Assembly (NCBI GenBank): GCA_013265495.1
Contig: MU058540.1
Span: forward strand, 519,696 to 583,695
DNA from: Vicugna vicugna
Taxonomy: Eukaryota
Direction of reading: 5' to 3'
Length of the DNA stretch: 64,000 nucleotides
In this document: positions 43,865-56,073 of the stretch, in pieces
How the letters are laid out: each line of letters opens with the position of its first letter
Numbering within the stretch: position 1 is the stretch's first letter
Translations under genes and position numbers: made by a program
Notes under the pieces: generated by a model
What the model was told of the DNA's origin: nothing
What the model saw: the letters and a program-made list of their open reading frames with translations, nothing else
The model's database searches: none

Positions 43865-46800
43865 TGGATCTGGCTTCTCTTGCTCAAAAGATAGGGGTGA
43901 GCCACACCTGGCTCAGCATCTGTACGGGCCTCCCTGAGAGCAATGCCCAGGGGCCTGACCGCCCCTCTGGCCAGGGCTGCTGCTTGAGGCCCCAGGCCAG
44001 CACCGAGGAGGCACCTCTGTTAAGGTGGAGGGAAGGAGCAGAGAGTGTGGGGCTGTGAGGGGCGTTGGGGCAGATGGTGGAAGCTCCCTCCTGGGGTCTG
44101 GAGGGGCTTTTGGGAAATAATCATCTCTGTTGCTTAGTGCCTGGCTCAGAGCTGTGCACCCAATGTGGATTTTTTTAAGCCCCCGTGAGATCTCTCTGAA
44201 TCAAGGGAAACATCCTATTCTACCCTCCACACAGGCCTCATCCCCTCACAAGGGATTCCCTCTACTGCTTCCTAACATGGCTCTCTCCTGCCTTGGCCCT
44301 TCCTGCCCCAGGAAGCCGCTTCCTCCAGTCCAGTTTCATCCTGAAGCAGGACCTGGTGACCCCCGAGAGTCCTTCTACTCCAGGGTGCCAGTTCCTTGGG
44401 CAGACACCTTCAGCAGCTCCCAACTTTCCAGCGATGGACGCCCACCCTCCCAGTTAGGCATTCCAGCACTGGCATGTGCTGGCCCCAACTTAACTTTCTG
44501 TTTGTTTTTTTTTTTCACCTCCCTCCTCGCACCCCGATGCTCCGGGTGTAGCACACTACTCCGGATTCCTGGAATCTGCCCTGGCTCTCTCTTGCTCTCG
44601 GTTTCTTTACCTTTGCTCCTGTGTTGCCCCCGCCCTTCAGCCGGTCTCCACCTGAGTAAATCTGACCCACCCTCTAAGGCCTAGCCAAGGAGGCCTCTTT
44701 TGTGAGATCCAGGCCCCCTCCCCCAACCTGGCAGAATTAACCCCTTTTCCTCTGGGCTTCGTACTGCTTTATACAAATTCCTCTCTGGTGTTAATTGTGT
44801 GGTTTTATGATTAGTTAGAGGTTTCTCTGTAGGGCCATCTAACACGGGGCACTTTGCCAGGATTAACTAATTAATTACCCAGTTCATCCTCTCAGGCGTT
44901 GTACTGGGTACTGGGGACTCAGTGGCGAGTAAGGGAGTTGTGGGTCCCTCCTCCTCAGGACTTGAGTCAATGAAAGAATGATTTCTAAACACTGTAAGTC
45001 AATGCTACTCTAAGTATAGTCCTTGGTTAGCAGCATCAACACACCTAGAATTTTGTTAGAAAATACAAAATCTCAGACTCTTGCCTGTCCTACTGAATCA
45101 GAATCTGCATTTTGATTTCCAGGGGATTTGGTGTCTTAAAGAGAAGTATTGCTCTATGTGATTCTCTCTTTGCTCCAACCTTGCCAGAATCTTTCTGCCT
45201 CCATCCTCAAATCTGGTCCCCTTTGCCTTCACCCTGGCTGTTGGTGCCCAAGTCTGTGAACCCTGGGGGCTGATTTGACTGAGTTCCCAGGCTATTCCAA
45301 GGGCTGGTCGAAATGAATTTGATGAAGATTGGAGTAGCTTTGATGGACAGCAGGGCTGGCTCAGCCAGGAGGTGGGGAGGTGGGAAGGTGGGGCATTGGT
45401 GGAGGAGGGAGTCTGGGGCAGCCTTCAAATTCCAGCCAGGCTCGGCAGAGCAAAGAGGAGGAAGCCAATTAGAGCTGCCTGGATAATTAGTGTTCCTGGT
45501 GAAGATTGTATATTAACTCTGGGTTGGGATGACGGGAGGGGTCTGGGGAGTGGATTCTGGAGCAGGTTGAGACCTCGGCTGGGAAGGGAAGGCAGGCCCA
45601 CGCCTGTTCTTGGCAGGAGTGCATGGCCAGGGACACTGCCTTGTCCCTTATCCCGGGGTTGGGGGCAGCAGAGGCCAGGGCGACATTGGCAGATTGGGGC
45701 CTTAATATGGTTCCCGGCCAGTGGCAGTGGAGAACTGGCCCTGAGTGTACAGGGTAGGCCCCTCAGAGTCCCACACCCAGTTTCTTGAAGATCTTTTATA
45801 AGTGCCTGGAGGGGCAGCCCCCAGACCACTGGGATAAGCTGGGGAGTGCAGGTGAATTGGGGTTTGGCAGTTGAGCTCCCAAGATCATCAGATTGCCTTT
45901 GCCCATGCATGGCTGGGCCTTGGAGCACCATGTGGGGCTCTCAGGGCCTCTGAACCTGTGTCACCCGGGGCTGGATGATCACGGGGAGTAGAGTCAGAAG
46001 TGCCCCCCTTGGGGTTCCCTGTCCCCCTTCCAGCCTGACCTGCTTCTCCAGGAGGGTGGGCACTAGACCCAGAAAATGTAGAGGTAGATGTGGAGGAAGC
46101 CCCAGGTCTTCAGGGTCAGGAGCTCCAGGAGCATGGCTCTTTTGCCTTGTCACTAACTGCTTTGATTTTTGCAAGGCCTTGCCTTCTCAAAGTGTGTTTC
46201 CGTCAGTCTGGATGTCCTCCAAGGTGCTCTTTTTGCACCTGAGAATCCCCGTGGGGTCTTTGAAAATATTCTATCTCCCAAGACCCACATCAGACCAACT
46301 GTATCAAAATTTCTAGAGCTGGGGTCTGAGGGTAAGATTTTTAAAGCTTCCCAGTGATTTTATTCTATACCGGGGGTGGGAATCCCTTCTGAGGGCTGCG
46401 AGGAAGCCTACCTGTTGGGTCTGCCTGCCCCTTGGTCCAGAGAGCCCATCTTTTAGCCTTCATCAGACTTCATCAAGTCATTCAACAAACATCTGCCTAC
46501 TGTGTGCCAGGCACTGTTCTAGTCACTGGGAAATTAGTCACTGGCAACCAAGGCAAGGTGCGGTCTCTTTTAGTCTGTACAGTGGAGAGCTGGGAGAGAT
46601 GGTCCGTCAGGGCCTTTTGAGCCTCAAGTCTCTGAGACACATGTAATTCCAGGAGGGGGCACCACCCCTCCAGTGCAGACTGCTTTCCCTGGGCAGATTT
46701 CAGACCTGCCCTTGGCTTTCATTTAATTGTGATTTCACTGGAATGAGATGTTGGACTTACCCTTGTCCTGTGCCCCAAGACAGGGTCTCCGCTTGGCCAA

Positions 46801-49800
46801 TCCATGCAGATTTTGAAAATATGTATTATTTTCCTGATTAAAAAATAATATATGCTCCATGGAGGAAATTTGAAGAACTCGAACCAAAAATTATCAGGAA
46901 TACCACTGTGATTGGACAGTCTTCCTAGCCTTTTATGCACTCACACACTTACAAAACGATACCACACTGCACATCTGGCCTTGTGTCCTGTCTTTTTTGT
47001 GGGAATATGTTAAGCTGTATTTTCCTGAGCCAGCCCACCACTGTTGAGGTTGCATGGTGTCCCCTGGTATGATGTTCCTTAATTTATTTAGGCTACTCTA
47101 ATACTGAGCATTCAGCTTGTGTCTAAATGTTTGCCATTCTAAACAATCTGCACTGAACATCCTAGTCTACACATGCCTGAACACTTTTCCAGTTATCCGC
47201 TCAGGGTAAGTCCCCAGAAAGGGAAGACATATCTTTTACCTCACAGGCTCTCTCTAACTCTGCATATCACTCTGGTGGTGAAGTTGGAAACAGGGACCCT
47301 GTGGCGCAGGGGTCTGAGAGTGTTGTACTAGGGGTGTGGGGAGTAAGACCAGCCTTTGGGCCTGAGGCTGGGCCAGGCTGGGTGTGGTGGCAGTGATGGG
47401 GGGGATGAAGTGGAGAGAGGGGTGGTGTAGGGGTTGCCTGAGGACAGACTCTTCCCCCAGGTTCCACCACTGAGACTCCAACTCCATCGACTTTGAAGAA
47501 TCCTGCTGTAGCCACTTGCTCATGCTCTGCCCTGCCCTACATTCCTGACCCCCGGTCCCTGCCTCCTCTCCCCGACTTGGCCCAGTGGGGCTATGGGTGG
47601 GTGGGGCCGAGGCTTGGGCTAGGGGTGGGGTGATGGTGCTGGATTTTAGGGTGGGGTCACAGCAGCTTTCTGCTCTGGGAGGTTTCTGAACTTTGATATC
47701 CACCAGCACATGGCTGGAGCCCCTGCAGTCTGCCCCCAGGCCGGCTCACTCTACATGGAGCTGGAGGCTCCTCTCTGGAAGCCAGGGCTGTGAGAGAGGA
47801 GGAAAGTAGGCCTGAGGGGTCTCATCACAGGCCTCTGAATGTGAGCTCTGAGCCCCCGTCAGGCTGGTCATACCGAGGAGTGGCAATGGTACCCAGCATT
47901 TGTACCTGCAACCAGGTTCCCTGTGGTGAGGACCCCTGGTTTAACGCGGCTGAACAACTTGCCAGGGGTCACGTAGCAGGAATCCACCAGAGAGGAGGCT
48001 GCGGGACTTTTCATGCCAGGGACCATAGGGGCAGAAATGAGGCTGGGCCTTGACAACACAGTGAGCCTAGAGTGTAGGGTGAGGCTGGGGCTGGGTGGCA
48101 ACTTGTTGCAGAGGGGTTTCCACCTGGGGAGAAGGGCAGTAGGGACTCCTTGCAGGGGACTGAACAGGGGAGTAACATGATCCCAGTGGTATGGAAGTGT
48201 ACACATTCTTTTGGCTGGCAGGTGGGCAGAGCCCTAAGAGACAGTGAACATAACTCTTAGCCATGGGGCAGCTGCAGGTGTTTGAGGCCGACACCTGTGC
48301 ATATTTGGTTCACAAATCCCTCTCCCATCACTCACTCAGCCAGCCAGCCAGCCATCACCCCTCTTCCTCTAGCCTGCAGGAGAGCCAGCCTCTCCACAGT
48401 CTGAGTCTAGAAATGAGTGTTTCTAGGTCACGAGAGGGAGGGTGAAGCCTGTCTCGGAGATGTTGCTGCTGCTGGCAGTGAGGAGACTTCACAGAGTATG
48501 TACAGTTTTGACCTATGCTGTGCCTTTGACCTCTTACTGCCAGCCAGAGGCATAAATAGAATTTATAAAAAGTAGAGAGAACCACTTAGAAAACCCAAGT
48601 GCCCACCACCTAGACTTAATAATCGCTCACATCTTGCCATATTTGCTGTATTTATTTTTTGCTGAAGTCTTCATGGTAAATTACATACATTGCATGTTTT
48701 CACCTCTAAATACTTCACTTTCCATCTCTAAGAGATAGGATATGTTCCTGGGTAACCACAGTACTGTTATCACACCAATTAGTAATTTGCTAATAGCATC
48801 CAATGCCCAATCCATAGTCAGATACACTCCACTGTTCTCAGTCTGTCCTTGACCACTGGTTTCTTTAAATCAGGATCCAGTTAAGGCCCACGTGTTACAT
48901 TTGATTCTTATGCATCTTAAATCTCCTTTAGTATCAAACAGTGCCCTGCCCCCACTTGCTTCTTTCCCACCCTGATATACACTTAGTTCCTGATGGGGAG
49001 GTTGTGGGGAGACTGCAGACTGTCTCACCTTCTGGAGTTGTCAGGGCTGCTTTTGCTGCTGTTTCCAGAGAGCTCTGCAGAGGTCTGGATCCAGATGGGC
49101 CGGGCCTCAGGACTGCCTTGCTGAGGCTTCTCCAGCCTCAGTTACTATGTCAGCCGGGACAGGCTGTGAGCCCAGTTCCTGGATAGAGAGCAGGCAGGAA
49201 GCCTGGGCCCAGCAAGGCCAACGTAGGAGATGGGGGTGGGCTGGGTAGCCCACGGTTGCCCCTCTTCTCTGTCTCTTCTCAGCATCTCCTCTTGTCTCTC
49301 CTGCTCCCCATCCCTCTTTTCCTTGGCCTAGTAGACATTTCTTCCCGTGCTCCTGGCAGCACAGCTGAGAACCCAGGATCCACCAGAGCCCATCCTGTCC
49401 TGAGAGCCAGAAATCTGAGCCTGCAGGCAGAGGCAGCACCCCGAAGTCTTGCTCCCTGGCCAAGGGCCTTTATTTCTGTCCGGCCAAGTTTACTCACTTT
49501 TGCTGCCTCCATTCCTCACTGGAGAGACTCTTGGGGTTCCCTGAGTCTATGGCTTACTGTCCTTTCTAGACTTAAGCTCTCTGAAGGGATAAGCCATGCT
49601 TGTTTTAAATTCCATGTAGTGGTCCCTTCGGTGGCTCAGGGTGGATCCTTGGTAAAGAAAGACACGTAGAGGTTGAGTAAATGGATATTTTTGCAGGGAT
49701 GCAGAAGTGAATTTCTTTTCTCTGATGAGCCAGGGATCCCAACCAGTGAACCTGGGTTCCTCTTGCAACATTCCTCCTCACCCCCACCTAATGAGTGTGA

Positions 49801-51149
49801 TTTGGGGTATTTGGGGAGGGGGAATCCAAGGCCCCCATCCACAACCAGCCAATCCCAGCATTCTGACAGTGCCTGCTTTAGGAGTGGCCTTCCATAGGTC
49901 TGGCCTAGATCTGTGGGGTGGTGGCCAGTGCTCTGGGCTGGGAGTCAGGAGATCTGGGGTCTGGAACTGTCTGTTCCTTTAACTTGTGTGACCTGAGCTC
50001 ATTAGTTTCCCCCTCCAGCCTCTTTTTCAGGCTAGATCAGGGAAGGGCTGTTTAGGGACCCTTGGGGATTTCTCCAGTCTGGATTCCTCCTCCCTTGGCT
50101 GCTCAAATGCTGGCCAAACTAGTAGGTGCAGGCTTTGATTCCAGCTCCTCTGATAGTCACTTGCCCCACTTCTAGCTCCCTTCTTCCTCCTCCTTATCTA
50201 ATCTGAACAGAAAGCCCTGACCTGCCCCACTGTCTTTTCCATGGCTCCCACCTGGATCTCAAAGTCCACCCTGGGCAGAATGGGGCCAGCCAGGTCCCTG
50301 GATGCATCTGCCTTCCCCTCTTCCCTCAGACCAAGGTCTTGGGGTGCAGATCCCATGGACATTTCAGGGACAATACCTTCCTCCACATCCTTCTAGAGCA
50401 GAGTTGTCAACCAGCTCCTATTCAGAGGGTCCAGGGCAGGCCTGCCCACAGGCTTCCTGCCAGACCCTGTCTGCCCTTACCCCGTCTTCTTGCCTACTCT
50501 ACTGATGCCCTATTGGGGCCTGCACAGTGCAGGCTCAAACCTATCTTGTGTTTCCCAACAGATGGAAGGCTCACAGCAGACTGTCGTCAGGACTCCCAAG
50601 TGTCTGTTAGGCTGGTGCGGGTGGAGGAGTGGAGGGTGGTTTGCACAGGTGTAGGACATGGCTCCTGTCCTCACACACTCAGCATGGTGGGCAGAAAGGT
50701 GGGGGGTCATGCCCTGCACATAATCCCTTGGCAGTAAGGTTTTGTTGAACCCGTGGAGCCCTAAATAGTACTTGTGCCATCTACTACCAGCTGTGTGGCC
50801 CCAGGTGGTACCTTCTGTGTGAACCTTATGCTGGACCGTGCTAAGAATAGATGAGGTAATGGATGTAAAAACGATTTAGAAGTTAAACGTGTTCTGCCCA
50901 TTGGACGGTCAGTTTTTCTAAGGTGATCTTGGCTGGAGTGCCACAGTCTTTAGATGAGAGGCGATGCCTGCGGTAGCAATGGGCAGGGAACTCTGCAGGA
51001 AGGAGCTTAAGGGGCCTTGAAGATGGCAGGACTCGGAGGGGGCCTCTGCATGTGCAAAGTCGTGGTGGTGGATCAGCGAGATCAGAGGGCTGGCAGAACA
51101 TGGGAGTAGGCCCTTCCTGGGATCTTGGGCGGAGATGGACGCGCTCAGG

Positions 51150-51700
51150 AGGGGAGGGGGGCGGTGAAGCAGCTTCTCTGGATAGCCCGGCTCTGGTTAC
51201 AATGCCAGGTGTGCATCGGAAGCCGGACACCTGTGACCAGGCTAATATAATCAACACAGATGCCTCCACCACGAGGGAAAGTGAGGGGGGTTACGGCCCA
51301 GGGCGTGGGTGCCATCAGGTGAGGAGGGGTCCCCCAGGGCCGCCCTCCGCGGGCAGCCGAGCCGGGCCAGGGAGGAAAGCGAGGGCGCAGGCGGCTGGTC
51401 CCGCGCCCCGCCCCCTCGTGCCCGCCCCCAGCCGCCTCAAGGCGCTCCTGGCCCAGGCCCAGAGTCCTGGCAGCGGCTTGTAGTCGGCAGGCCGGGGCGA
51501 GGCCGCGCTCGCATTCCCTCGGTGGCGCAGCTGGGGCGACGGCCACACGCGGGGCGGCGAGTTTCGCTCGGCGGCGGGGGCGAGGCCCCGGCGGGCGGAG
51601 AGCGCGCTGCTGCCTCTGCGCGTGGGTCGGGTCTTGGCAGGCCGGGGCGGGGCCGGGGTGCTCGGCGACCCCTGTACCGCTGCTCCACCCACCCACAGGG
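51150..51700. promoter_or_regulatory. Intronic CpG island in ITPR3 intron 1
   Basis: Dense CpG; GC box GGGGCGGGGC at 51644-51653. Confidence 0.75.
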
Positions 51701-53139
51701 ACAGAAGACCCTGCCGTGCCATTTGAGGCCCCCCTTTCATCAGAGCTTAGCTGTCTGGTGTCCTGGCCCTCCTCGGGCTTCGCTCTGGCCTTGAGTCTCC
51801 CTGCAGCCCATCTGATAATCAGGCTTTCCTGCTTATCTGTTAATAGCAATGTCAATAGCCGTCCCCTGCTGACGGATAGCATCTTCTTGGGATGCCTCAA
51901 TCCTAAAGAGTACGTTCAGAGTAATGGAAGGGAGGCTTTTGCGGAGGCGCTTAGGGACATTCTGGACTCCCTAAACATCCTGCTGATGCTGCCCTAAGTA
52001 CCAGATAGGAAATGAAAAGCTGGGGAGGGCGAGGTACCATCCCTTAGAGGATGCAGGGTAGGGGTGCAGAATGTTCCCAGACAATGTTGATTTTGTTCAT
52101 TTAGGATCCAGACTTGGAGGAAGGAGGGTATGGAATGCTGGAGGCAGGAGGAAGCTCTGAAAGTCTCATCTTCCTGACCTTGTTTTTCCAGTACCTTCTG
52201 GGAGCCCCCTGCCTTTTTTACCCTCCCACATGTCTTCTTCCCTGTTCTGGTCCCTCATACAGACTGTTGTTGTCCCCTCTTGGCTGCAGGTCTGGGATGT
52301 TTTCCTTTCCAATTGTTGAAATTCTCCTCCTGGAGGCTATGCTCCCCTCCTGACCAATCCCTCCACTTCTCTAAGTGGCTTCAGCTTGTACTCCCCAATG
52401 TGCTCTGCTTTGTAGCCCACTGGGCACTGGAGAGGGGCTGAGTTGGAGACATCAGGGCTTCAGAAGCTCTGCCAGAGTGGGCGGGGACAGATGGACATCC
52501 ACATAATGACCAGGGGGACATGTGCCAGGGGGATTAGGAAAAACACCCCAGGCATCCTAATTTGCATGTCTTTTTCCTGCAAGTGTGACCCAGACAAGGA
52601 GTTCCCAGGGGAGGGATGGGTTTTTTCCTCAGACAGGGAATCTCTGAGGAGGTGGCCTCCACAGGGCATTGTGCACTGATCAAGATGGGGGCTGTGGGGG
52701 GGCTCCCCCAGCCTCTCCTCAGTTGCACTGACTTCCATGATGCCTTGTGGCTGTCCAGCAGCCCTGGCAGTGCAAGTCCCAGGCTCTGGCCAGCGCTTTC
52801 TCTCCTTCCCTACCAAAACTTCCCTACCTAAACTTATCCATCCGGTGTTCCCTCCCCTCAGGGCTTTGCCAAGAGACAAGGAGCTAATCTGATTCACTCA
52901 TGTCTTACAGGAAATTCAATGAATTATTCAAGGCTCTGCAGAGTTCCTGCCTCTTCTTTCACACCTTTTCTGATTGGTCAGGCTCTGCCCTCTCCCTTCC
53001 TAGGACAGAATCCACAGCTGGTACCACAGTTGGCACTGTGCATATTCCTTATATCATTAACTCTTCTGAGTATATGACTTGTCTTCTCAATGAGATTTTC
53101 AGCTTCTTGAGACAGGGACTTCTTCCCTCTGCAGCTAGT

Positions 53140-54310
53140 TAAAATGATTAATTCACTCAGTATGTATTTTGTGTGTGCCCGCTCTGCGCCAGGCAGATGG
53201 TCCAGATGCTGAGGATGCAGAAGGAAGCCAAATAGACACATCCCTGTACTCACAGATCTTCTATCCCAGGTTGGGGGAAGGGGTTAGTAACCCAACTAAG
53301 TAAAATATTTAGCAGGCCGGGTGGTTATATGGAGAACAGTGAGGCAGCAAGGAGGATAAGTGTGGGAAGAAACAGTTTACAATTTTAAAAAGGATAGAGA
53401 GCGAGAGTGTCAGGAGGAATGGGTCATTTGAGCCAAAATCTGAAGGAGGTGAGGGAGGGACCTGGGAGGGTGTCTGGGGGCAGAGAGTTCCAGAGGGAAG
53501 AGGCAGTGTCAAGTCTCCTGGAAGGTTGTGGAGCCTGGGGTAGAGTGGGGAAGAGTGGGTGAGGGGCAGGGGGAGGACATGAGGCCTGAGAGGTGACGGG
53601 GTGGGTCATGCAGGGTCTTTCAGGCCATTGCGAGTTCTTGGCTTGTTCTCTGAGGTGAGTGTTTCTGGAGGGTTTGGTGAAGAGCCCTGCCCTGATTTGA
53701 CTTACCTTTTAAAGGGGTCTCTCTGCTGCTCTGTGGGAAATAGGCTGTAGGGGGAGAAAAGGAGGTGTCAGGAGGCCAATGAGGGGGCAGTTACATCCAG
53801 AGATGTAACATCCAGAGAGCCGCTGGGGACCCGGCCCAGTGGTGTTGGACCAGGTGGTGGTGGCAGCATGATGAAAAGACGTCAGATTCCACATATATTT
53901 TGAAGATAGAGCCCACAGGGTTTCCTCCCAGATTCGGTGTGAGGGATGAGTAGAAGAGAGGACCAAGGATTGGTCCAAGGTTTTTGGCCCAAGCAACTGG
54001 AAAGATGGAGTTGCCATTATCTGAGATGGGGAGGACGTCAAGAAGAAGAGCACATTTAGGAGGAAGACCTGGAGCTCGGTTTTGAACACACTGAGTTTGA
54101 GATGCATGTGGACATCCAGGTGGAGATGTGGAGTGGGCAGTTACATCTACGAATCTAGAGTTTGGGGGAAGAGGGTGGCGGAGGTGGATGGGGGAGTCAT
54201 CAGTGAATGTATAAGTGGTGATTTGAACTCATGTGTGTGGCTGAGATGACCAAGGGTGTGAGTGCAGATGGAGAAGGGGAGAGGCCAAGGACTGAGCTGG
54301 AGGCCAGGGA
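53140..54310 (-). mobile_element. LINE-2 fragment (about 1.2 kb)
   Basis: Typical antisense L2 sequence; minus-strand residual translation HLKLSVFKTELQVF resembles L2 ORF2. Confidence 0.75.
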
Positions 54311-54561
54311 TGGGGAAGGAGACCCAGTGGGTCCTCACAGCAAGCCGCCCTCTCCCATCCCATCACTGTGAGCCACATCCCCGCACAGCAGCCACACATC
54401 CTGGCTTCAAAGCCCAGCCCTGCTGCTTGCTGGCTGTGGGTCTCTGGCCAGATTGTTTAACCTCTCCATACTCTGATTTTCCTGCCTGCAAAATGGAAAT
54501 AATAACAAAGTAGATTTAGAAAATTAAATAATACAAGAAAACATTTGAAACAAAATTCTGC

Positions 54562-54607
54562 TTGTTGTTGTTGTTGTTGTTGTTGTTATTATTATTATTA
54601 TTATTAT
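54562..54607. repeat. Compound (TTG)n(TTA)n microsatellite
   Basis: Directly visible. Confidence 0.95.
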
Positions 54608-56002
54608 CTGCATCATAAAAAGTGCTGGTGCTTCCGAAGGGAAAAATCCAGGATCCTGTCATCAAGGAACTCTCAGTGTAGACATGGGAAGTAGTCGCAG
54701 TAGAAAGAGACACGGCAGTGGGAGAGGCCAGGACCAGGTGCTGCAGGAACACAGTGGGAGGGCGACGAGGGAGGGAGGGCACTGGCCAAGGAATGCTTCA
54801 CAGAATGGGAAGGGCTGAAGGTAGAAGAAGGAAGGAAGGTCTGCCAGGCCTGGGGCTTGGAGGGGAGCCAGGGTGGGCTGGGCATGAGGGGATTGCTGGC
54901 TGCTGGGACCACTTTGGTAGAGATGAGAGCTCCAGGGACCATGGGATCACCTGGAGTTTTAGCACAGCTGGGGCAAGGAAGTTGTGAAGCTAGCTAGGGA
55001 GTGGGTGGAGGTCAGATCACAAAAGGCCTTGGTAGCCAATCCAAGGAGGGGAGGAACAGAAGAAGGCTTTGGAATTAGCTCTGTGACTTCAGACCAATTA
55101 TTTAATGTTCAAACCCAGTTTCCTCCTCTGTAGGATGGTGCTCATGACTAGCCCCTTGTGGGGAAGTTGGTGAGAATTCAGAGGCAGAGGTTGTGAGGTG
55201 CTGAGTTACAGCTGGCCTCTGAAATGGTGGTTCATCACCATCCCTCCATCCTAGAGGCGGGAGTGGCACTGAAGAATGTAGGAATGGATGGATGGACAGA
55301 TGGGTGGGTGGGTGGATGTTCTCTGGAGACTCAGGATTAACCCCAGCCATGGCTGTAAGGGAAGGATTTCTGGTCACAGAGGAGGGTATGAAATGGGCCT
55401 GACTGAGGTCGGGAAGGTGCAGTCTTCATTGTCCTGTCTTTGAGACCCGAAAGCCTGTCCCCCTAGTTTGGTGTCTCATAAGCTTCTCTCATCTGTCCAC
55501 CCATCTTTATTCTCTCTCCTTCTGTTTCTTATCCTGTTTATCTTCCTGACTTTGTGTTTTCTGTCTCTATGTCTTTATCCCCCTCCCTTGCTCTAATTCT
55601 CCCTTCCTGTCCATGTCTCTGTCTCTTGGTCCCTTTCTGTCTCTCGCTCCTCCATTGCCCACTGCCCTTTCAGGTCTGGGCAGGATTCAGAGTTATGATG
55701 GGAGTTACAGTGTGGGACAGCCCAGACTGGCAGCAGACCCCCATGGGACAGCTCCGGCTCTGGCCAAGGGGTCAGGGGCAGGCTGTGTGTCTCTGTGCTT
55801 TTCCCCCACCCCAACTCAAGAGAACTTGCCTTTTAAGAGTAGTTTCGGGAAAGGGAATGACTTGTTGGCAGAGGGTGGTCAGTGATGGGGAGATTCTTCT
55901 TTGGAGGCCTCCCTGGTTCTCTGGAATCCCTTGTCCCAAGGGAGGGGTGCCTGGGGAGGTGGGTCTGTTCTCTCCCGCTGATCCAGCTGCCTTGTACCCC
56001 AG

Positions 56003-56073
56003 GTTGGTGGATGACCGCTGTGTGGTGGAGCCCGCGGCTGGGGACCTGGACAACCCCCCTAAGAAGTTCCGAG
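56003..56073 (+). CDS. ITPR3: ITPR3 coding exon 2
   Basis: cag|G LVDDRCVVEPAAGDLDNPPKKFR G|gtgag; 71 nt; phase compatible with exon 1. The gene continues beyond the window. Confidence 0.98.

Noticed and set aside
51145..51900. 251-aa minus-strand ORF and overlapping ORFs
   Set aside because: Stop-codon depletion in a CpG island; no recognisable domain.
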